Of a stretch of 64,000 nucleotides of DNA, positions 1-13,072 are shown piece by piece. Both the position numbers and the translations under genes were made by a program. The notes beneath the pieces were generated by a model. The model was not told where the DNA came from and did no database searches. It worked only from the letters and a program-made list of their open reading frames with translations. Numbering within the stretch: position 1 is the stretch's first letter; every line of letters begins with the position of its first letter. The stretch is from Leptogorgia sarmentosa (taxonomy: Eukaryota): contig OZ210885.1 in NCBI GenBank assembly GCA_964658305.1, forward strand, positions 19,716,001-19,780,000, read 5' to 3'.

Positions 1-496
1 TTTCATCAAAACAGGCATAGTGATAATATCTGATTTGATGGCAGATGCTTCAGAGTTTTCATGTAATAAATCAATGTCCCCAGAAATGTAAGATTTGATT
101 CTGGAGAATTTCTTGAAGTGCTTCAACAGAATCCTAGCCACCAACATTTTGTACCGATACTGAATCAGTCTAATTTCATCATCTGATAGCAAAACAAGTT
201 CACGAAAAGTTACAACTTTTAATGTCTTTTTGTGGACTATAATCATCTAGATGGTTACTGGACACAAGGCTAAATACCAGACTGGTTGCGACTGCATGAA
301 CACTCTTGTTTTGATGAATTGCCCTCATATCATGAACTTTCTCGACCCAGTCTATATTATCTACAACATAGACGAAATTCTTGCCAGATTTAACAAGCTC
401 GATGGCATGATCTATAAAGTGCTTGCCAATTTTTTGAACTACATATTTCTTGGAAGAGCTCAGGCAGAATCCATATTTGTTAAGACGATCAATTAG
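1..496 (-). pseudogene. Exon/fragment of an Academ-type (DUF6589-like) transposase, running off the window start
   Basis: Manual minus-strand translation from an AG acceptor at 497-498: LIDRLNKYGFCLSSSKK...NFVYVVDNIDWVEKVHDMRAIHQNKSVH. It has the same LNK.G / DN.(D/N) pattern as the Academ transposase at 25968-26963. Confidence 0.55.
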
Positions 497-559
497 CTAA
501 AAATGGAAAAATACTGGACATTAGTAACCTACAATAACATATTGCTTGATTATTCATTG

Positions 560-1330
560 ATTCGTTGGATGTCTTACTGCTCAACCAATTTTACTTAATT
601 GCCCAGGCGATACTTGACCCATTGACAAGTAGGATTGCTTATAAATTGCAACATTTGCAATTTATTTTGGTCAATATTTGGAGAGTCAAGTACATTGATG
701 TAGGTATGCCTTACTTGTATACGTTTTACTATCTGTATACCTTTGTCGTGGCTTTGCCTTCTGTCAGAAGAATTGTGTTGATTCGTTGAACCCTGCTTAA
801 ATGTTTGCATCTTGTAAACATTATTGTGCTGTAAGTTCGCTTTCCCAATAGCTGCGAAGACTTGGCATCTGTACAAGTCCCATGTAGTAATACATGCCAA
901 TCAATTTTTCAAGCTCCTGGCAGGAGGTATTGACAGAGCGGCCATCTTTCTCAACACTGTATCGGTTGGTTTCATCCACAACAGATATTTTCATGCAGCA
1001 TTTCATCGGTGATGAACATCTTCAGAATTCCATACGGCGTTACCTCACCATCTTTATCAGTTGGAAGTTCAGGCAATTCTGTGTTACCACAAAATTCAAT
1101 GTTATTAGGTGGTACAAATTCATCATCAGACCATTTATACTCTGCACTAGGTGTGAGTGTTGCTATGCTTGCCAGGGGTCGATCATCCTCGGGATCCCAA
1201 TCACTTTCTTGCTGCACCTGATCAGTATCAGGAGCAGTTTCTTCCTCAGCTGGATCATCAGATTCAAAGGATAGGTCTTGCTCAAACTCATCATCAGATT
1301 CATTGCCAAATCCTTCAAGCTCACTATCAC
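560..1330 (-). pseudogene. piggyBac (PGBD-like) transposase N-terminal remnant, frameshifted
   Basis: Consecutive minus-strand ORF pieces ESDWDPEDDRPLA..TPYGILKMFITDEML / VVDETNRYS..QELEKLIGMYYYMGLVQMPSLRSYW match the typical piggyBac N-terminal region. No TTAA-bounded ends found. Confidence 0.75.
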
Positions 1331-1954
1331 ATCTGGCAGAGCCAAAACATTATCCACATTGTATTAGTGAACTTGTCCAGGCATAGTGCCACACTAAGAA
1401 ACCTATTGGGAAATTATAATTGTTACATTTGTTTGTCAAATATTTTTCGTTCAAAACAATGTTATTTGTTTAAATATTCGTTCCACACGGACTAGACAAC
1501 TAATAGTCCACAACGATTACAGAAAAATTTAGTTTAATGAAACAACAAAGCCTCAGAAACATAGAAAACTATAATTTGCTTAGTCACATGGTTTTGACCA
1601 CTAAAGCCTGAGGTATCAGATAAGATACCATGTGTTCACAAACATCATAGAAACAGTTTTTTTCACTCAATCATAATCAAAATACACTCAAATATATCAC
1701 CATTTGGACAAAATTGAAGAGATTATTTCCGATGAATTTCGCTTTAGAACAATCGCTGTGTCGGCCAGTGTTTGGAAATGATATTTTTGCGACAAATATG
1801 CAAAGGCAGCAGTTGGTGGACATTAAGTATGCTTTCTATACTTCATGTAAGATACCTGTGCTGGTTTCCCTCATAATTTATTATTCATTGTTAATTTATA
1901 CGATAAATTAAAAGTCATTCTGCTTTGCTCATAATGACACAAAAAAACATGTCA

Positions 1955-2075
1955 TTCAACAGCCAAGATCCTGATCTTTATATGACCATGCAAAAATTAC
2001 ATTCATACACCCAGTAATTAACACACAATGGCATGCCAAAGTTTACCTTTGATTACCTTTTTTTGAGACACCCTG
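1955..2075. repeat. Solo right arm of the Tc1/mariner-type MITE family also at 42203 and 46098
   Basis: Ends ...GATTACCTTTTTTTGAGACACCCTG followed by TA, a diverged copy of the TIR at 42532-42642. Confidence 0.8.
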
Positions 2076-2394
2076 TATATGATACTGCCGGCGCTCCAGG
2101 GTAAAAGAAAAAAAATAGTCAGTGGGAAAGGTAGAGCCACCTAATAAGGGCATCCTGACCATATATGGGGATCAGGCCCAACAAGGGGACACCATGCCAC
2201 CAACTAGGGCGGCCATTGAGCTTTGCTAATACAACAAAACAAGACAATATAAATTCTTTAATCATAGCCAATATGAATCGCCGTATAACATGAATATCTA
2301 TGGTGTGACACTTTCAGGTTCGTGGCCAGGTTCATCCATCACAAACACATTTACTCTGAAAACAAGAAGAAATAGATATTGGCAAGGTAGTCAA

Positions 2395-3010
2395 ACACTG
2401 TGGGAGGGTGGGTGTGGAAATTAGTAAATTCTTCGTGCAACATTAACAGAATTCTGATTGTACATCAGCTACTATGTAGCCTAGCACAATCTACAATTCT
2501 GTAACATGTTGCACTCCGAATTCAATAATTGGTCTCGTTCAAAGCTAGCACTGACCTAGGGAAGAGCTCAGAGGGAAGCTGCCTGCAAACTTACCAATTT
2601 CCTGCACTCTTTCCTTATGTTGCTCACTTTGTCCTTGGGAAGTGAGAACTCCATGGTCTGTGAGTTTATCAGGACTCCGAGAAACTCCATTTCCTGTGAG
2701 GGGAAGAGAATAGATTTGTTTCTGTTCACAATAAAACCCAGATTTTCCAACAGATAAACCATTAGAGATGCATCTCTGTGAGCCTCTTCCTTGTGGGCAT
2801 TGAGGATCAACATGTCGTCCAGGTAAATACATATCCTTATGCCCATGCTCCTCACATAGACCATAAGTGGTTTCATAAATAAAAACCTGTGGGGCCGAGG
2901 TTAGGCCAAACGGGAGACAACGAAAATAGAAGGTTTTTCCCTGAAACTGGAAGCACAGCAATCGCTGGTACTGTCGATGGATTGCCACTGCAAAGTAGGC
3001 ATCCTTTGCA
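2395..3010 (-). mobile_element. Internally deleted DIRS1-like retroelement: RT core joined to a DIRS-type 3' terminal region
   Basis: ORFs 2545-2988 and 2568-2876 contain FRCLPFGLTSAPQVF, IYLDDML and EFLGVLINS (DIRS RT). They are followed on the minus strand by AGCTTTGAAC..., resembling the post-recombinase region at 5538 onward. Confidence 0.75.
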
Positions 3011-4896
3011 CATGAAATCGCGAGGGCTGCAGCCAGGAGCAGGGGACAGTTCCTGAGCTTCCAGAACCCCTCAACGTTCCAATAAGACCTTCAGTGGTGC
3101 TGGGTCGAATGGGAAATTTACCGGTTTAATTTATGTTTGCAGATTTTCTTCTCCCAGTTCTCAAACAGAAACTCCCCCCAACAGGACATCTAAATTATTT
3201 CAGTTCAATATGGGAAACAAATTACGGGGGATCCTTGGGTTTTACAAGTAGTCCAGGGTTATGAAATCGAATTTGTAAAGCCTCGTGTTCAAACTTCACC
3301 GGCAAGATTACCAGCTCTGACCCAGCTGTAGGCGCAGTGCTAGATCAGGAAATGCACGAATTGCTGGAAAAGCAGGCAGTGCATCCAGTGGATCACAATC
3401 TTCGGACAGAAGGCTTTATACGTTCGATGTTTGTAGTCCCAAAAAAGGATGGGGGAAGTCGAAACCCATGAATCAATACCTAGTATACGGAGGGCATCCA
3501 CATGTTACGAGAAAGTATATTCTGGCATTCAAAAGAATTGCCAGAAACTCTTATGGCTACAAGAGGTCTCAATAAGGGAATTATCAAAATTCCTGGGGCT
3601 CCTGACCTCATCCATCCAAGCTATTTTCCCAGCTCTCCTCCATTTCAGGCATCTGCAACGTCTCAAAAATCAGGCCATGTGCTCACAAAGATTGTACGAT
3701 GCCATGACACCGCTGGACCAAGCATCCAGGGAGGAGATCACCTGGTGGAGAGATCATCTCCAAGCATGGAATGGCCGCACACTGTTCCAGAAACCAGTAG
3801 ATTTCATCATCGAAACAGATGCTTCATGGAAAGGATGGGGGGCATACTGCCAAGGTATAAGTACATGGGGTCCATGGTGCTTGGAAGAAAAGAGGTTCCA
3901 TATAAATTGTCTAGAACTTCTGGCTGGGTCACTGGCAATCAAGACCTTCACAAAAGGCAGAATGTGTGCACATGTAAAGCTGTTAATGGACAATGCTGTG
4001 GCAGTAGCATACATAAACAAGATGGGGGGTATTCATTCCCAAGCGTTATCAAATTTAGCATTAGGCCTCTGGGAATGGTGCATTCACAACAAGATGGAGG
4101 TTTCAGCGCAGCATCTTCCAGGATGTCTGAATGTTCGAGCAGACAGGGAGTCCCGTCCCTTACTAGATTCCAGCGACTGCAAGCTGGACCCAGCCATGTT
4201 TCAATGGCTGGTGGGGAAATGGGGCCCCCTAGAGAGATCTATTTGCTTCACGCCTAACCTACCAACTCCCACAATTTGTCAGTTGGAGACCGGACCCCTT
4301 AGCGATTCTTGCCGATGCCTTTTCAATCAATTGGAAAAACCTTCAGGGGTATGCTTTTCCACCATTTGCCTTGATAGGTCGTTGCCTACAGCAGGTAATG
4401 AATCAGGAGGTGGACCAATTAGTTCTAGTAGCACCAGATTGGCCAGCTCAGCCGTGGTACCCAGTGCTACTTCGTCTGTGCACAGACTTTCCTCTGTTAT
4501 TCCAGATGTCACGAACACTGATGATGAGGGACAATCAGCCTCACCCATTAACCAATCTACAACTGCCTGGGTGGAAACTCGCAGCCACCATTATGAAGCA
4601 GCAGAGATTTCAGAGTCAACTAGAAACATACTGTTGGCAGCATGGAGAAAGAACACAACCTCCACTTATTTATCAGCTTGGAATAAAATCAATCCCCTTT
4701 CAACTCGCCTAAGTTCAATATTAGAGTTTCTAAAAGACCAGTTTGAAGAGGGAAAGGCATATCGGACAATTAATGTCTACCGCTCAACGTTATCCGCTCT
4801 GCTACCAGAGATTGATAAATTTAAGGTCGGTATCATCCCTTAGTCTTACAATTATTAAAAGGAATTTTTAATCTGAGGCCACCTGAACCCAGGTAC

Positions 4897-5532
4897 TTGC
4901 ACACCTGGCAAGTTTCCATTGTGTTAGATTTTCTTAAATCTTTGCGCAGCAATGATGATATGGATCTCAAGCTCCTGTCCTTCAAGTTAGTTACCTTGTT
5001 AGGCCTGACTGCCCCAGATAGATCGGCGGAGTTGGTTAAGAGAGATCTAGGATTTCGTACCTTTCTCCCTGAGGGAGTAGCCTTTGAATTGCCAGGTCTC
5101 TCAAAGACGTCTAGACTGGGAGATTCTCCAAAGCACAGTTTTCATGCTGCTTTTGCCCAAGACTTGCACTTATGTCCAGTGCAATGTTTAAAATCATATG
5201 AATACAGAACTAGAATTTCTAGACTGCTGGATGATCAGCAACCAAACCCATTGTTTCTGTCTTATATTCAAACTTATAAACCAATATCTTCTGCTTCATT
5301 AGCAAGATGGATAACGAGTCTACTGAAATTAGCTGGGACTAATGCAGGGATATTTTCTGCCTATTCTTTAAGGGGTGCAGCTACTTCTGTGGCATTTAAT
5401 CAAGGTGTTTCTATTTCGGAAATTTTGAAGATGGCAAACTGGTCCCAAGATAGAACATTTTGTAAATTTTATTACAAACCTTCCTTTAATATGTTACCCG
5501 GTAATGCAATATTATCAAGTAGCGTAATCTGA
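4897..5532 (+). pseudogene. DIRS tyrosine recombinase, C-terminal catalytic part
   Basis: PDRSAEL (catalytic R), LCPVQCL, FSAYSLRGAATS (HxxR with H changed to Y), ANWSQDRTFCKFYYK. The N-terminal part lies in another frame at about 4560-4843. Confidence 0.85.
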
Positions 5533-5582
5533 TGGCAGCTTTGAACATGCATTGTTAAATTGAAGTCGAGTATCTTGAAATA

Positions 5583-5947
5583 TAATTTTAGATTATGCAA
5601 GTCTGTGTAGCAGATGCAGTATAATATTAATTATATGAAAGATACGAGACAGGATTTAACAATGCATTCCCGCCTCTTGTGTGACCCATCCTATGAATTG
5701 TTGTTATGGGATGTTTTCTTTGTCTTATTTAGGTCGTTCGCAAAAAGACAAAGAGCAGGCGCGGGTCAGCGGACTGTATAGTACTTTGTTTCTTTTGGTT
5801 ATAATTCATGTTTTTCTTTAATTCACTGTATTTTTGTTGATTTGCAGTGAAATAAAGAGACAATGCATTGTTAAATGTCGTCTAGTATCTTTCATATAAT
5901 TAATATTATACTGCATCTGCTGCACAGACTTGCATAATCTAAAATTA
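5583..5947. repeat. DIRS internal complementary region and right terminal repeat (~86-bp inverted repeat)
   Basis: 5583-5668 (TAATTTTAGATTATGCAAG...TTAACAATGCATT) is the near-perfect reverse complement of 5862-5947. Confidence 0.85.
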
Positions 5948-5974
5948 TTGCTATGGAACTACAGATGAAGATGC

Positions 5975-6080
5975 CTAAAGACATAAAACACTATTTGCAT
6001 GTTGTAAGAGAGTATCATAAAGCTCCAGTGCTTCTCTCCAATCTGCAGGTTTTCTAATCTCCCTCTTCAAACAACCAAAT
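5975..6080 (-). pseudogene. Short C-terminal remnant of an IS3EU-type transposase
   Basis: Minus translation KPADWREALELYDTLLQHA resembles PPSIWNDALTLYRELLEIA (28871 region) and TPEDWVNAYLYV (52208 region). Confidence 0.4.
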
Positions 6081-6329
6081 TACCGGTTTTTAAAGAAGGA
6101 TTCTATTGGTATTTGTATATGCTTTGCCAAAGGGGAAGGCAATTCAGTCGGATGTGATAACTCCGAGTGATAGACGAATGGTATGTTTATCAAAAACTAG
6201 TGTTTTGAATGTTTAGTGTTTTTATATTACATCGCATTTGGTAATGTATTCATTTTTCGACATCAGTATAGTTATATGTCCTGTAAATAACCATATCTGT
6301 TTGTTACTTTATAAAGTTGATCAAGTCCA

Positions 6330-6750
6330 TGAAGCAAGACGATTCTTTAGCTGGTGAAGGTTCATGTATTGATCTCGGAGCCAAGCAATGTCAGACACCA
6401 AGATCGAGCAACAAAAACCGGTGCAAGAAGAGAAGGCATGATACGCAAGATGTTTAACCTGACGCAACACAATATGTTGAACCTGACAAAACGCAAGATG
6501 TTGACCCTGACGAAAGCTACCATCACCAGGCAATAAAGTAAAGCTACCATCACCAGGCAACACATGATTAAATGTGTGTTGATGAATCATTGGGTCTGTA
6601 TGACAACGTGTCTCAAGTGAACTCAAAGCCAACTTCAAGAAGTGGATCAAGAGATCTTCAATTGCAAGAAGTAAATTTAGTTCAAGATCACACACTAGTT
6701 CTATTTCTTCTGCAAGAGTAAGGGAAGATGCAAGAAAATTTTTGTCAAAG
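6330..6750 (+). pseudogene. Probable BEL/Pao Gag N-terminal fragment with 24-bp tandem repeats
   Basis: Plus-strand DNVSQVNSK..SRSSIARSK..SSISSARVREDARK is a Ser-rich stretch typical of BEL Gag. Imperfect ~24-bp tandem units lie at about 6436-6560. Confidence 0.4.
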
Positions 6751-7122
6751 TGTTGGAATGACAAAATGTTTATTAAACAAAATGAGGCTTTCAGGTTTTG
6801 ACAAGGTTTGATTTTATGATGGTAGCTATCATTACCAGCAGGTAAATTGTTTTGTGCAACAACTTGCACTGATTTCATTCAGATACTGCATCTACTGTAA
6901 ACATCCAATTAGCAGCCTAAGTGATAATTTCTTTATCATTGGTTGGACACAGTTATGCATCACTTGTTAAAATAGTACTTTTATGTGAACTAATCTATAT
7001 TTTAGGAGATTCTACAGCATGTTATATGTATAAGAAAAAGTTGCAGAAAATATCTCCTGTAATGCCTGTATACTCATGAATAGTGTATGTTTGATCAGTG
7101 TCTTCGACTTTGTTGAAACAAG

Positions 7123-7577
7123 TGGTAAGGACGCATGCCAGGGAGACAAACTGCGACACACAAGGAGATTTCCTTTTAATTTAATTCTAAAAATCATAAA
7201 TTTACAAAGATATAGCATGCACATTCCAATCATATTTTACAATAACAAAGAATAAAATGTTCGCTAAAATCGACTATAAAGTTAACTAATAAAACAAATA
7301 ACATCGAAGACTGTTCACGGAACTATAAAACTATAAAATAGTACCTGAAGGGTGGATCTCCTCACGCTCGAACTCTCTATTGAATCGTCGTTTTACTTGC
7401 TCTCTTAAAAGCGTGAATCGTTTTAGCTTTCCTAATTCGACTTCAAATCTCTCGCCTTAAATTACATATCGTGCGCTGATGACGTAATCTAGAGGTTGCT
7501 AATAAATTAACTTAACTTAACAGAACTTTAATTAAACTATAATACTAAGGTAATAAAAATGTCAACTGTTCAAAACA
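7123..7577 (-). repeat. 3' LTR of BEL/Pao element 1
   Basis: Direct repeat of 13073-13527. Confidence 0.97.
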
Positions 7578-7610
7578 TACCCTCCGGGGGCGCGACTTAC
7601 AAACGTGGGC

Positions 7611-10600
7611 TTACTTGTCTTCCAAGAGTATGCAGCATTTCTGGATCGATCTCTTCAGTTCTCCATTCTGTGTTTTGAGACGCAGGTTTCTCACTACACC
7701 ATCCTTTCTGGGAAAGACTTCCAGGACTCGACCAAGGTTCCACTTTCCTCTTGGTACATTGTTCTCCACGATGAGGACAATATCATTCTTCTTAACTTGA
7801 TATTTCTTTTCTTGCCATTTTGATCTTCCTCTTGCTATCAACTTGGGGATATATTCCGCAATAAATCTCGTCTGGACGTACTGGAAGCGTTTGTGGGTGT
7901 TTTTCGTGTCTTCATATGGACCATGTGGAATATCTGCTGACGCTCGCCCTAATAACAGGTGGTTGGCGGTAAGGGGACGTAGATCGTTGGGGTCATCCGA
8001 CATATAGGTTAAGGGGCGGCTGTTAACGATAGACTTTACTTCTGCGAAAATCGTAGCCATCTCGTTCCGGGAGAGGATTTGTTCGCCAGTACTCATACGT
8101 AAAGCTCTCTTTGTGACTTTAATCAAGCTTTCATACATTCCTCCTTGATGAGGACTAAGGGGGGTGATGAACTTCCATCGGATCTTATGCAGCACTGCGA
8201 AATCTGCTAGACGTTTCTTCCCTTCGATAAACAACTTTCGCAATTCCACTTCTGCTCCAACGAACGAACCTCCGTTGTCAGAGATGATCGTCTGTGGCCA
8301 TCCGTGGTGGGATGCAAATCGTCGCGATGCTTGTGGGAAGGTTTCCGCTGATGCAGATTCCACGATCTCCAAATGGACTGCCCTGGAGGTCGCACACGTA
8401 AAGATAGCTCCCCACGCTTTGCTTGACTTATTTCTGCCGTACTTCAGAAGGAAGGGTCCAAAAAGGTCGACGCCAGTGACTGTGAACGGGGGGCGTGTAT
8501 CTTTACTCGATCTTGAGGTAGATTTCCCATTAGCATTGAATGTGGTGGTTGATGTGCTTTCCTACATATCACACAATTTTTCGTTAGGTCCTTAGCAAGT
8601 CGTCTGCCACCAAGAATCCAATACCTCGCTCTTGATTCACATAGTGTTCTTTCACGACCAGCATGTCTCACCTTTACGTGGGCACTTCGCATAATGAGGG
8701 ACGAGATGAGGTGGTGCTTTGGAAGAAGGACTGGGTTGACTTGCTCGTGGGGTAAATGTGAGTTACTCAATCGACTGCCGACTCGGATTAGTCCATCTTC
8801 GACGAAGGGGGATAGGTTTGGATAGTCTGCCGCTTTCAATTCGCTCTGGGCTTCTCGGATCCAGTAATTTTCAGCTTCTTGGATATCTTCGGGTTGTAGG
8901 TCTCTCTTTCTGATCTTTGATGGATCTTGTTTCGCATACTTTATGTTCTTGACAAAACGTTGACAATAAGCAGTCACTCTCACTAATCTGTCCCAATCTG
9001 AGAAATGCTCTGGATTTAATAAAGGTTGGGGTTTCACCATTGCTGCCAAGGAGTTTAGGGGCCTTTTCCTTTCGGGATCTTCACTTCGAATGTCGGGTTC
9101 TGTAGTCCTTTCGCAGGGCCACTCGGTCTTTGGCTTCGAGAGAAAGGGTGGACCGTTAATCCAACGACCTGAGCTCAATTCTTCTACCGTGATACCACGA
9201 CTCAAGTCATCAGCTGGATTCTCCTCGGATGGGACGTATCGCCATAAACTTGGACTCCAACGTTCTTGGATCTCGGCCACTCGAACTCCAACGAACGGCT
9301 TGAACGAAGTCGATTCCGAACACAACCAACTGAGTACTATGGTAGAATCTGACCAAAATGTGACGTTCGAGGGCTTTAACTTGAATTCCTCAACAATGGT
9401 GTGAGCGAGTCTAGATGCGATTAATGCAGCCATCAACTCCAGTCTCGAGATGGTAGTGTGTCGCAGTGGGGCCACTCTTGCTTTCGCGGACACAAGGCTA
9501 ACATGGAAACCATGGGGGGTCGTCCAGACCAAATACGCTACGGCACCATAAGCATACTTGCTTGCATCAGCGAAGACGTGCAACTCGGAAGGACCGGATA
9601 CTTCTTTCGGTTGAAGACATCTTGGAAACTCGACTTTCTTGAGACTTTCAATTTCTTTGAACAATTTCTTCCAAGTGTCGCTCATAACTTCGGGAAGAGG
9701 GTCATCCCAATCAAACTGCTTCGCTTTCCAAATATTCTGTAGGGCTATTCTCGCCTTTATCGTTACTGCAGACGCTAAACCAAGAGGGTCGTAGAGCTTC
9801 GAAATATTCGAGAGGATGGATCTCTTTGTCAGTCTTTCGACTCTTACTTCCTTCGAAGCAAACCCGATTACGTCTGTCTTCGGATTCCATATTACACCGA
9901 GAGTTTTGTTCTCTTCTTCACCGTCCAGATTGACAATTGGCGTGACAGGGTGTGAATCACTCTCGTTACCGCCTGCTTCTTTTAGCTGCTCACTTTCATT
10001 TGTCTTCTCGACTGTAGAGGAACATAACCATTCCTTAATTTTGAAGCTTCAGGTTGACAAAACTTTATCCACTTCTTCAATGCTCTTTACTGCTTCGTCC
10101 GTACTTGGACACGAATGAATTAGATCGTCCACGTATCTATCACGCTTCAAGATCGTGGCAGCTCGAGGACATTCTTTTTGGTTCGCTTCTGCCATTTTCA
10201 AAATGACAAAGCTCGCCATGTCGGGAGAGGGCTTATCTCCGAATGTTACTCTTTGGAGGACGTATGTCGTTGGCTCTCTTGTCGTATCAAGGTTTCGCCA
10301 AAGGAAACGGTGGACGTGGGTATCTTCTTCCGGCAGTAGGATCTGAAGGAACATCTTGGATATGTCTCCACTAAAGGCAACTTGTTCTTCACGGAAACGT
10401 AGAAGCACTCCGAGCAGGTTGCCAATCAGACCAGGACCTTTGAAAAGGAAGGAATTCAAAGACATGCCATGGCAGGGAGTCGCTGGGTCAAAGACTACTC
10501 GTAACGGGGTACTCTTCTTGTCCGGGCGATAGACTCCATGATGAGGCAGGTAATAGACGGGCTTCCTATCAATCTTAAGATTTTCTTCACTGAGCGGTAT

Positions 10601-13008
10601 TGCCCAGTTGTTTTCTACGTATTGCATTAACGCTTGATCATACATTCTCGCCTTTTCTTCATTCTTGCCGAGGCTCTTTTCTAGGGATCGAAGTCGTGTT
10701 TCTGCTAGTGAACGGTTATCAGGCAGAGAGTTCTTATCTCTTCTCCACGGAAGACCGATTACATAACGATTGTCATCGACCTTACATGATCGTTCCATAA
10801 GCTCCATGGCTCGTTTCTCATCGAGCGAGAGGGCTGACTTAGGACACGGACAATTGACTGCTTGTACTCCCAATGTCTCGAACTGATAGAACTTCTCCAT
10901 GTCGATCTTTCGCACAAAGTGAATTGAACAAAGTTCTGGGCTTCCTTTCTCTTCGTTCGCTCCTATCACATACCAACCAAGCTTGGTTTTCTTGGCCACT
11001 GGTTGGAATTCTTCTCCATGCCGTATCTCTTCTTCCGAGTGAAGGTGGGTATAATGGACCCCAAGTATAAGGTCAATTGAACCTGATACGTGATTAAACT
11101 CAATGTCTCGAAGATGAGGGAAGGAACTGAGCCATTTTCTGTCCAACTCGGGCACGTTGAGAATAGTTTTCTCAATCTCGTGGGCTTCGATCTTGAACTC
11201 TTGATCGCCTTTGAGTGCAGAGATCCAAAAGTTCACCCGTCGGCTGTGTGGTTGCTCTAATCTCTCTCCTCCAACTACTGCTAAATCGATTCGTTCTCTT
11301 TTCCCATTCAATCCGAGATCTTTCGCAAAATGCTTCCGAATAACTGTCGTTCCAGCGCCACTGTCAATCAACACGTTCCCTTCACGAACTCGACCGTTGG
11401 GGGCTCGGAATCTGGCTCTAATTACGGGCATCATGCTAGCTTTATCTAGTATTGAGGCAACTAGTGGTGGACTGGAATGTAAGAGAGGATGATGAAAGTG
11501 GGGACACGAATCACTCTTTTCACATTTCTTCTTCGACCGACAATCATTCTTGGAGTGTCCACGATTCAAACACGAGAAACATAGTCTTGCTTTCTTAGCT
11601 AGTTCTAGTCTTTCAGGAACTGAGGCTTTCGCTAACACTGGGCATTCAATGACACGGTGCTCTTCTTCGCATACGTAACACTTCATTGGCGATCTGTTTG
11701 AATCCCGACCGGCAGCGTAGATCCCTCTTCTCGGCTGAGGATGGTCACTTCTTGGGGGTCTCGAATCTCTTTGTAGGTCGCCGAAATCAGGGTCAAACTC
11801 CGCCTTTACTCTTTTTCTCACGTATTCACTTATATGGCTGACTGTAGGTGTCTGACCTTTCTCACGAATGTCCGCCACGAAGACTTTCCACCTTTCAATC
11901 ATGTGGTCTGGTAAGCGTGTGATGATCTTCCTTAGATTCTCGTTGGCGTTGATATCTGCTGTATATCCAATGCGTTTCATCGTGGCCATGCAATTGATAA
12001 GGTCAATCGAGAACTCTCGCAATTTCTTCCTGTCACTTCTACCGATTTTCTCTCCTTTGGTGACGTTGTTCACTAACGCACGGGCAATTACGCTTGGTTG
12101 TCCAAATTGTTCTTTGATCATCTTCAAGGCAGTCGCATACATTACTCCTTTCGAACCTAATCCCGAAATTGCTCTTTCCGCATCACCACTGACGTGCATT
12201 TTCAGCTGGATCATTCTGACATCATCGGTGAGGTGGGGTTTGTCATGGATATGTATCTTAAAACGATCGATAAAATCCGCGTATTCCATTGGATTCCCAG
12301 AGAATTTGGTCAAAGTGACATTTGGCATATCTCGACTTGCTTCCAACTTTAAAAGCGCATCTGCAATCGACATTTGCGATCCATCAACTGGTAGTGTTAC
12401 TTTAGTTTCTTCGAATTCTCTCAACTCGTCTATCCAGGAATCAAAGGTAATTGGGTCAAATTTTGTTTCTACGGTACTGTTCATATTGCTTGTAGGCGAC
12501 GGAATCTCTTGAATTTCTTCTGTAATGTAGAGGTATTAGCTTCCGGCGTTGACGCTTGCGATGACATTTGAGGCTCTTCCGGAAATTGATCTACTGACGC
12601 GCTCTGCGGGGAAGTTGCCTTATTTTCTCCAGATGCTTGGCCATTTGATTTCGAAACACTTCGAATATATTCTTCGACTCTTTCTTCGATCCCATACACG
12701 TCACTCGTTAAGTCGTCTTCCCACTTGTCTAGTATATTAGCGTCTACGTCGGGTAAATCGTAAAACTGGCTGTGTAACTCACGCGCAACTTCGAAGTCCT
12801 TTCGTAATTGCTCGATTTCCTTTTCAAAACGCCGTAAATTTCGATCTTCTTTCGAAACTCCTTCGCTTAGACGCTTTATACTGCGAGTAATCTTCCCTCG
12901 AACTTGTTTACGTTTGTTTCTCAACGTGGCTTCGCTTGAACTGTTGTCTAATATCAAAGCTTCGCTCGATTCTCCCTCGGACATTGTGCTTGCCAAATAT
13001 ATAAACAC
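7611..13008 (-). pseudogene. BEL/Pao gag-pol polyprotein broken into ORFs 12481-13008, 10049-12484, 8444-9685 and 7611-8372
   Basis: CYVC..H..C / CFSC..H..C knuckles, DSG protease, YYLPHHGV, TFGDKPSP, YVDD, KARVAPL/SRLEL, NPADDLSRG, SDNG, NSRPL. The ORFs are separated by frameshifts. Confidence 0.95.
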
Positions 13009-13072
13009 TCGATTATCTGTTGCTTTATTTGCCTACTAAATCGGCACTAAACTGTTTTATACCTTCAGAAGT

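Larger units (their letters stand above)
3020..5947 (+). mobile_element. DIRS1-like tyrosine-recombinase retrotransposon, decayed, RT core deleted
   Basis: RT N-terminus (DPWVLQVVQGYEIEF, MFVVPKKDG), RNase H (IETDASWKGWG, HINCLELLA, MDNAVAVAYINKMGG), Dam-like methyltransferase segment (YAFPPF, APDWPAQPWYP), tyrosine recombinase, and a terminal inverted repeat structure. Confidence 0.9.

Noticed and set aside
11868..12512. Long antisense ORFs over retroelement genes (also 29438-30037, 32772-33380, 50742-51446)
   Set aside because: They are shadow frames of real coding sequence with no recognisable motifs.
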